From Candidatus Heimdallarchaeota archaeon (lineage in GTDB: Archaea > Asgardarchaeota > Heimdallarchaeia > Hodarchaeales > Hodarchaeaceae): a stretch of 11,421 bases of DNA. This document shows positions 7,170 to 11,421 of this stretch, piece by piece. A program made the translations under genes and the position numbers. The notes under the pieces are model-generated. The model saw nothing but the letters and a program-made list of their open reading frames with translations, ran no database searches and was not told where the DNA came from. Within the stretch, counting starts at the first letter, position 1. Each line of letters starts with the position of its first letter. Location of the stretch: contig JBHLSH010000043.1 of the NCBI GenBank assembly GCA_048881705.1, forward strand, positions 20,995-32,415. Direction: 5' to 3'.

Positions 7170-7343
7170 TTGCTATTCAAATTTAACTATCCAATCTTCG
7201 TACTTTTTCTAGGTGGACTCAATCCCGTAATCAACAAGGATAATATCCAAACTTTAGCAGCCGATGCAAAAACTGCTGCAAAGCTGGCTGAAATGAACAC
7301 GGAACTAATTAAAACGAAACAGAAACCTTACATTACTGTTTGA
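7170..7343 (+). CDS. Possible small protein or gene remnant (57 aa, below the ORF-track cutoff)
   Basis: The frame is open 7128-7343. From TTG 7170 it reads LLFKFNYPIFVLFLGGLNPVINKDNIQTLAADAKTAAKLAEMNTELIKTKQKPYITV*. The stop ends 1 nt before the convergent subtilase stop. Confidence 0.3.
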   Translation: MLFKFNYPIFVLFLGGLNPVINKDNIQTLAADAKTAAKLAEMNTELIKTKQKPYITV

Positions 7344-7344
7344 G

Positions 7345-7425
7345 TCATTTCCTTCGCCGATCTCGGCCGATTACTATTGCACTAATCACTAAAATCCCCG
7401 TAATAATCGCAAAGGTAAACCCAGG
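7345..7425 (-). other. PGF-CTERM archaeosortase (ArtA-type) sorting signal
   Basis: PGF + FTFAIITGILVISAIVIG + RDRRRK* directly after a Thr-rich linker. Confidence 0.85.
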
Positions 7426-9786
7426 AGTAAGCGTGCTTGTAGGAGTTGTCGTTGTCGTAGTCGTCGTCGTAGAAGTAGAAGGGGATGTGGTCGTAGATGT
7501 GGGAGGGGGTGTTGTTGTGGGGGGAGTCGTCGTGGCAGATGTTGAACTGGGTGCAGTGGTGGTGGTGGTTGTGGTGGTGGTTGTAGATGTTATCACATAA
7601 ATGGTGGGGTCATCCATCACGATGTCATACGAATCATTCGCCCAAATTTTCACGTAAATCGTCGAGGCGCTTACCGTGGGAATTGTGGCATCCCAAATTC
7701 CCTTGGTGACTGGCCCACTTCGACTGGCTTTTAGCGTCATCCACGTCACTCCCAGATCTGTTGAATAATTATAGAGGACAGTTGAAACACCTGAGATGTC
7801 CGATACATTGGCCATCAGGAGAATCGACGAGCCACTTGTGAACGTAGTCGGAATCGAGGTCCATACCACTCGGGGTGGCATCCCGTTCAGCACCAGATTG
7901 GCAACATCGAGCTTTCCATACCCAAACACCTGATTCGGTACATTTCCCAGGCTCAAAACGAACCCATCTTGATCGGTTGTCGTGCGTAACAGCGCAAGGA
8001 TTTGGTCGTAAGTAAGTTTAGGATTCATTTGCAACAGTAAGGCAATGGCACCTGCGACCATGGGCGTGGCCATACTTGTTCCCGATTTATGTTCAAAGTA
8101 GTAATACAGAGGGAAGATAGGTAGTTGTTCATCTTGGCTTTTAGTCGAAAACAGATATTCGCCCGGCGCGGACAGGTACGGCCGTAGGTCACCATCTATT
8201 CTCGGCCCTCGACTACTAAAGCGAGTAATGTTCCCGAGGATTTGGATAAAGGGCAGGTTAGGATCTTGAGCCGAAATGTGGGCCCCCACGGCTATGGCCG
8301 AGTCGGATGTGGCAGGAACCGTAATCGTATAATTGGGAGAGATTTGAAGTGGATTGTTAAAACGTGTGAACGCCCAGTCATTGTCAATCATGCTGTTGGA
8401 GAGGTAAAAATGGTACTCTTGAGCAGTTGCATTTCTGAAAACAACCGAATGTCCACTATCATTCATACCCAAAATGGCTAATGGATTATTACCAGCAAAA
8501 GTTTTTGTGTCATGATCTTGAAATTGACCTGACAGCTTTTGAATTCGAATCTGTTGCTTCATAGTCCCCCTTGTCCCATTTATTTGACGTCCAGTGACTA
8601 GGTACGAGTCTGCTACGAAATTTGCGTCAGTAAATTGGAATGTCGAACCATCTTTTGGAACAGAGGCGATGACAGTATTGTCATGCATCAGCAGAGAGAA
8701 AGTCGCATCATGATGCGGGTACCGCCACAGAACCGTAAATCGGATTTCATCAATGGGAGGATCATCAGTGGTCCAATCAAACTCCCAATCAACATTATTT
8801 AGCGTGTTAGCCGTAAATGTGTCCTGCGCGTGAGTATCTTTATCCGCATAATTTCCTGCGGCAACCACCACTATGGCCCCTTGTTGTTTCGCCCAATCGA
8901 TTTTTTGATCCAAGAGATCACTTCCATCCCGATACAACCCATCAAGGGTCGCGTTATCTAAGAATGAAAAAGAGAGCGAGATAATATCGGCCCCCTCTTT
9001 CACCGCCCAATCGATTGCACTCAGGACCTCGCTTTCAATATAGCCTCCAGTTGTGTCATTTACCACTTTGGCTACGAGAAGTGTGGCGTTCGGGGCCACT
9101 CCGGTAAACCGCGTTAAATTGGGATACCCCCCTGCCAGGATTCCGGCTACATGTGTACCATGCCCAATTGTATCGTTTTCGGTATTGATAACTGGGCTGG
9201 TTAGGTTTATACCTCGAATGAATAGGTTACCCCTATCCCAGATTTTCTCAATTTTTGGTTCTGTTAGAGGGAGCAATTTATCGCTAGCAGTTATTGTATT
9301 AGATTGGTCGGTATCATTGAATAAAAGCATCGTTTCCCCCGAATCTACCTGCCCATTGGCATTGCTATCAATATACAAGAAATCGAGCCCCTCCTCGAAG
9401 ACATCAGGATACGCAAAAACCGTACCATTTGGAAACGCCAATTCTTCCCGGGTGAAATTCAGGCCTTCATTGCTGTCCATGATATTATCTTTATCTAAAT
9501 CAATGTACGGATCATTTGGCGGCGATATCTTCACGGTGTACAGGGATTTATCATACGTAGATGAAGGGAAATAAAAACTGGGATGTTGCCAGTCTATTCC
9601 CGAATCTATAACTGCTACTCGTATATTGGTTCCCCATATTGGCGCTCCATTCGTATCAGTCAGATCCCAGGTGGACTCTGTGTTCGCATCCCTGGTGGCA
9701 TTATTCAAACCATTGAAATACGCGAATCCCATCGTCGAAATCATCAAAACAATAAGTAGAAGTTCCCATCGTGCTTTTTGATTCAC
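7345..9786 (-). CDS. Subtilisin-family (S8) serine protease, cell-surface anchored via PGF-CTERM
   Basis: Catalytic triad VAVID61SGID, GH209GTHVAGI and GTS571MATP, oxyanion AAGN312. N-terminal signal/TM segment, C-terminal Ig-like domain, Thr-rich linker and TPGF-TM-RDRRRK. GTG start with GGAAGG at 9793-9798. Confidence 0.95.
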   Translation of the reverse strand: MNQKARWELLLIVLMISTMGFAYFNGLNNATRDANTESTWDLTDTNGAPIWGTNIRVAVIDSGIDWQHPSFYFPSSTYDKSLYTVKISPPNDPYIDLDKDNIMDSNEGLNFTREELAFPNGTVFAYPDVFEEGLDFLYIDSNANGQVDSGETMLLFNDTDQSNTITASDKLLPLTEPKIEKIWDRGNLFIRGINLTSPVINTENDTIGHGTHVAGILAGGYPNLTRFTGVAPNATLLVAKVVNDTTGGYIESEVLSAIDWAVKEGADIISLSFSFLDNATLDGLYRDGSDLLDQKIDWAKQQGAIVVVAAGNYADKDTHAQDTFTANTLNNVDWEFDWTTDDPPIDEIRFTVLWRYPHHDATFSLLMHDNTVIASVPKDGSTFQFTDANFVADSYLVTGRQINGTRGTMKQQIRIQKLSGQFQDHDTKTFAGNNPLAILGMNDSGHSVVFRNATAQEYHFYLSNSMIDNDWAFTRFNNPLQISPNYTITVPATSDSAIAVGAHISAQDPNLPFIQILGNITRFSSRGPRIDGDLRPYLSAPGEYLFSTKSQDEQLPIFPLYYYFEHKSGTSMATPMVAGAIALLLQMNPKLTYDQILALLRTTTDQDGFVLSLGNVPNQVFGYGKLDVANLVLNGMPPRVVWTSIPTTFTSGSSILLMANVSDISGVSTVLYNYSTDLGVTWMTLKASRSGPVTKGIWDATIPTVSASTIYVKIWANDSYDIVMDDPTIYVITSTTTTTTTTTTAPSSTSATTTPPTTTPPPTSTTTSPSTSTTTTTTTTTPTSTLTPGFTFAIITGILVISAIVIGRDRRRK
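7440..7592 (-). repeat. Low-complexity Thr/Pro/Ser linker (ACN-codon repeats)
   Basis: Plus-strand ggt/gtt/gtc triplet runs encode TSTTTTTTTTTAPSSTSATTTPPTTTPPPTSTTTSPSTSTTTTTTTTTPT, a likely O-glycosylated spacer. Confidence 0.85.
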
Positions 9787-9809
9787 TTACTACCTTCCAT
9801 TTCGTTGTT

Positions 9810-9830
9810 TATTGTTAGAATGTAACAATA
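9810..9830. promoter_or_regulatory. Perfect 8-bp inverted repeat TATTGTTA-N5-TAACAATA (putative operator or 5'UTR hairpin) upstream of the subtilase
   Basis: Read directly from the sequence. It lies between the TATA box (9859-9866) and the GTG start (9786). Confidence 0.5.
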
Positions 9831-9858
9831 GCGATTTGTAATTTCTACAATTTTTCAA

Positions 9859-9873
9859 TTATAAAACTTTTCC
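9859..9873 (-). promoter_or_regulatory. BRE-TATA promoter of the subtilase gene
   Basis: Minus strand GGAAAAG-TTTTATAA matches an archaeal purine-rich BRE directly followed by a TATA box. Confidence 0.6.
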
Positions 9874-10116
9874 AAATGAGCTTTTCCCAGTCATGAGCGT
9901 TCAATCAGGCTTTTCCTTCTATGTCAGCCTGAGTTGTTTCCCTATCCTCTCGAAACTCCAACCTAACCAGTTAAAATCCTCGAACCCCCAGCGAATGCCA
10001 CCATTGTTGCTTCTGCCCTATAAATAGACACATTAAGGCTAGCCATTAACTCCTTGTTTCACTCATTCTATCAGATGTTACGAACTTATAATCTGCAAAA
10101 AGATCTGAAAACCCCC

Positions 10117-11421
10117 CTATTGAGTTCTTTTGAGATTTCCTTGGCAGTAGGGGCACACCACTATACCTACTTTGCCAGCACTAGTGTAACAATCTTCGCA
10201 GATCATTCGAGAACAAGTACTACACTCATAAGCTGAATCTGTGGCAGGATGCTGTTCATTGTCCAACTGACAGAAGAAAGCTTTGGGTGCGATAGGAGAC
10301 GCAAACTCTTCGATCTTTCTCGATCTCCCTCTTCCGGCCTGAATGCCCAATACAACTAGCCCCATACTGCCGAATATCAGGAGAACCGCTATCCACTCCA
10401 AAGGAATATCAAAAAGAGAACTTCCCTGTATAGTGGTTGTGGTACTGTCCTGAAAACTCTTGGCTTCGATTGAATCCCAGTTTAATGCGGCAGGAGCCGG
10501 TTCCAAGTCCTGGCGGGATCGATGAATGTACAGTGCAAGAAAGGTGGGATTACTCCTTTGAAAAACAATTGATGGATCAATATTTAGATCTGTCCAAGTC
10601 TCCGAGACTGGGGTGAACACTCTGATTGAAGTGTTTGTAATAATTATCGACAATTTGCCCTGTGTCACCACTGGATCCGATCTAAATGCCATTGGAAGGA
10701 TTTGATAGGTACCTCCAGTCACATCAAAATAAAAGGCCCGATGCCCTGTTTTGTGATCATTTGCGGAACCAGATGAATCAAGTAACTCCAATAGGAATAA
10801 GTTTTCCAGATTTTCCCCCAATATGAGTAAATTCATGGTTCCCATAAATGAATACGGGTTAGATACTGAGGTTGGATTAAAATTCACGGTTGATTCGATT
10901 AACAGATCATCCCGATTGGTAGGAAGTTGGCGGTAAAACACGATATCTCGTGGCGTAATGGTAGATGCGGGAGGATTCCACCAATTACTATCAGGGGTGA
11001 AAACGCCGCCAGAAGCCGTTAAACTATCTGTTAGTCCAGGAATGGCTAATTCCGAATAATCGTAACTGGTTCCGTCCGCATTGATCCAGTCTGATATATC
11101 TGAACAATCTTCAAACCAATCCGAAATGTTATTGCTCGAGGATCTAACAACTTGGAGCAGATTTCCATTTGTCTCACTGACATGTACGAATCCTGGCAAA
11201 TTTATCGCAATATCCAGAGACGCATCAAATTGACCTTGTTTCGTTCCAGTTGGCTCCCAATTGGTTACAACCAACTCGGATGCGAAATTCTGCTGGTTCT
11301 GGTTCTGAACGGTTTGATTCGTTCCGATCTTAAGACTTAGGAAAGGGAAAAGATGTGGAACCGTCGCAATAATGACAAAAAAGACTATCAGCAATAAGAA
11401 GAAGGCTCTGGGACTTCTCCT
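10117..11421 (-). CDS. Single-pass membrane protein with extracellular beta-rich domain and cytoplasmic C-terminal RING-like zinc finger (5'-truncated)
   Basis: The frame is open to the window edge (RRSPRAFFLLLIVFFVIIATV...), so the true start is probably outside the window. It has an N-terminal hydrophobic segment, a ~300-aa beta-rich ectodomain, TM WIAVLLIFGSMGLVVLGI (10342-10395), basic GRGRSRK, then C-x2-D-x3-H-x8-C-x2-C-x4-C-x2-C-x11-C-x2-C. Confidence 0.85.
   Translation of the reverse strand, partial: RRSPRAFFLLLIVFFVIIATVPHLFPFLSLKIGTNQTVQNQNQQNFASELVVTNWEPTGTKQGQFDASLDIAINLPGFVHVSETNGNLLQVVRSSSNNISDWFEDCSDISDWINADGTSYDYSELAIPGLTDSLTASGGVFTPDSNWWNPPASTITPRDIVFYRQLPTNRDDLLIESTVNFNPTSVSNPYSFMGTMNLLILGENLENLFLLELLDSSGSANDHKTGHRAFYFDVTGGTYQILPMAFRSDPVVTQGKLSIIITNTSIRVFTPVSETWTDLNIDPSIVFQRSNPTFLALYIHRSRQDLEPAPAALNWDSIEAKSFQDSTTTTIQGSSLFDIPLEWIAVLLIFGSMGLVVLGIQAGRGRSRKIEEFASPIAPKAFFCQLDNEQHPATDSAYECSTCSRMICEDCYTSAGKVGIVVCPYCQGNLKRTQ

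Noticed and set aside
7340-7600. 86-aa Val-rich plus-strand ORF
   Set aside because: It is the antisense shadow of the Thr-rich (ACN) linker of the subtilase.
9905-9932. TCAGGCT-N14-AGCCTGA inverted repeat
   Set aside because: It is a single 7-bp stem with a long loop, no U-tract and no second copy, so support is insufficient.
9968-10048. 27-aa minus-strand ORF (MASLNVSIY...) preceded by AAGGAG
   Set aside because: It is very short with no recognisable features, and the SD-like match could be chance.
494-11340. Other plus-strand ORFs nested in long minus-strand genes (e.g. 494-742, 2080-2319, 2707-2940, 3642-3833, 5317-5643, 6201-6398, 6463-6708, 6798-7109, 8242-8481, 9053-9574, 11152-11340)
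   Set aside because: They lie antisense to CDSs with clear protein features and show no motifs of their own.
1-11421. CRISPR array, tRNA/rRNA, IS element or selenocysteine/pyrrolysine readthrough
   Set aside because: I saw no regularly spaced repeats, cloverleafs, transposase motifs, terminal inverted repeats or in-frame continuation of domains across stops.

Overview
Archaeal, most likely Asgard (Heimdallarchaeia/Hodarchaeales-like) chromosomal DNA. This assignment is inferred from TTAAATA/TTTTATAA TATA boxes, PGF-CTERM-type anchors, longin-like and RING-like domains, and frequent TTG/GTG starts. There are nine well-supported CDSs, eight on the minus strand and mostly separated by 80-360 bp gaps, so this is not one operon. 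In order: (1) a DinB protein with an N-terminal rubredoxin-like CxxC/CxxC module; (2) a Zn-ribbon/proline-rich/coiled-coil protein; (3) a TPR + cold-shock-like domain protein; (4) a 94-aa orphan on the + strand; (5) a secreted CBM9/DOMON-like protein with an EGF variant of the PGF-CTERM anchor; (6) a tandem longin-like protein; (7) a Zn-independent MDR oxidoreductase; (8) a PGF-CTERM-anchored S8 subtilase with no prodomain and Ca-loop and Csp-like insertions; (9) a 5'-truncated single-pass membrane protein with an extracellular domain and a cytoplasmic RING-like zinc finger. A DUF3788-like gene remnant lies in an apparent intergenic gap. I saw no rRNA, tRNA, CRISPR array or transposase. The most interesting candidates are the receptor-like ectodomain-TM-RING protein and the duplicated longin protein. 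All family assignments come from motif recognition by eye, without database searches.
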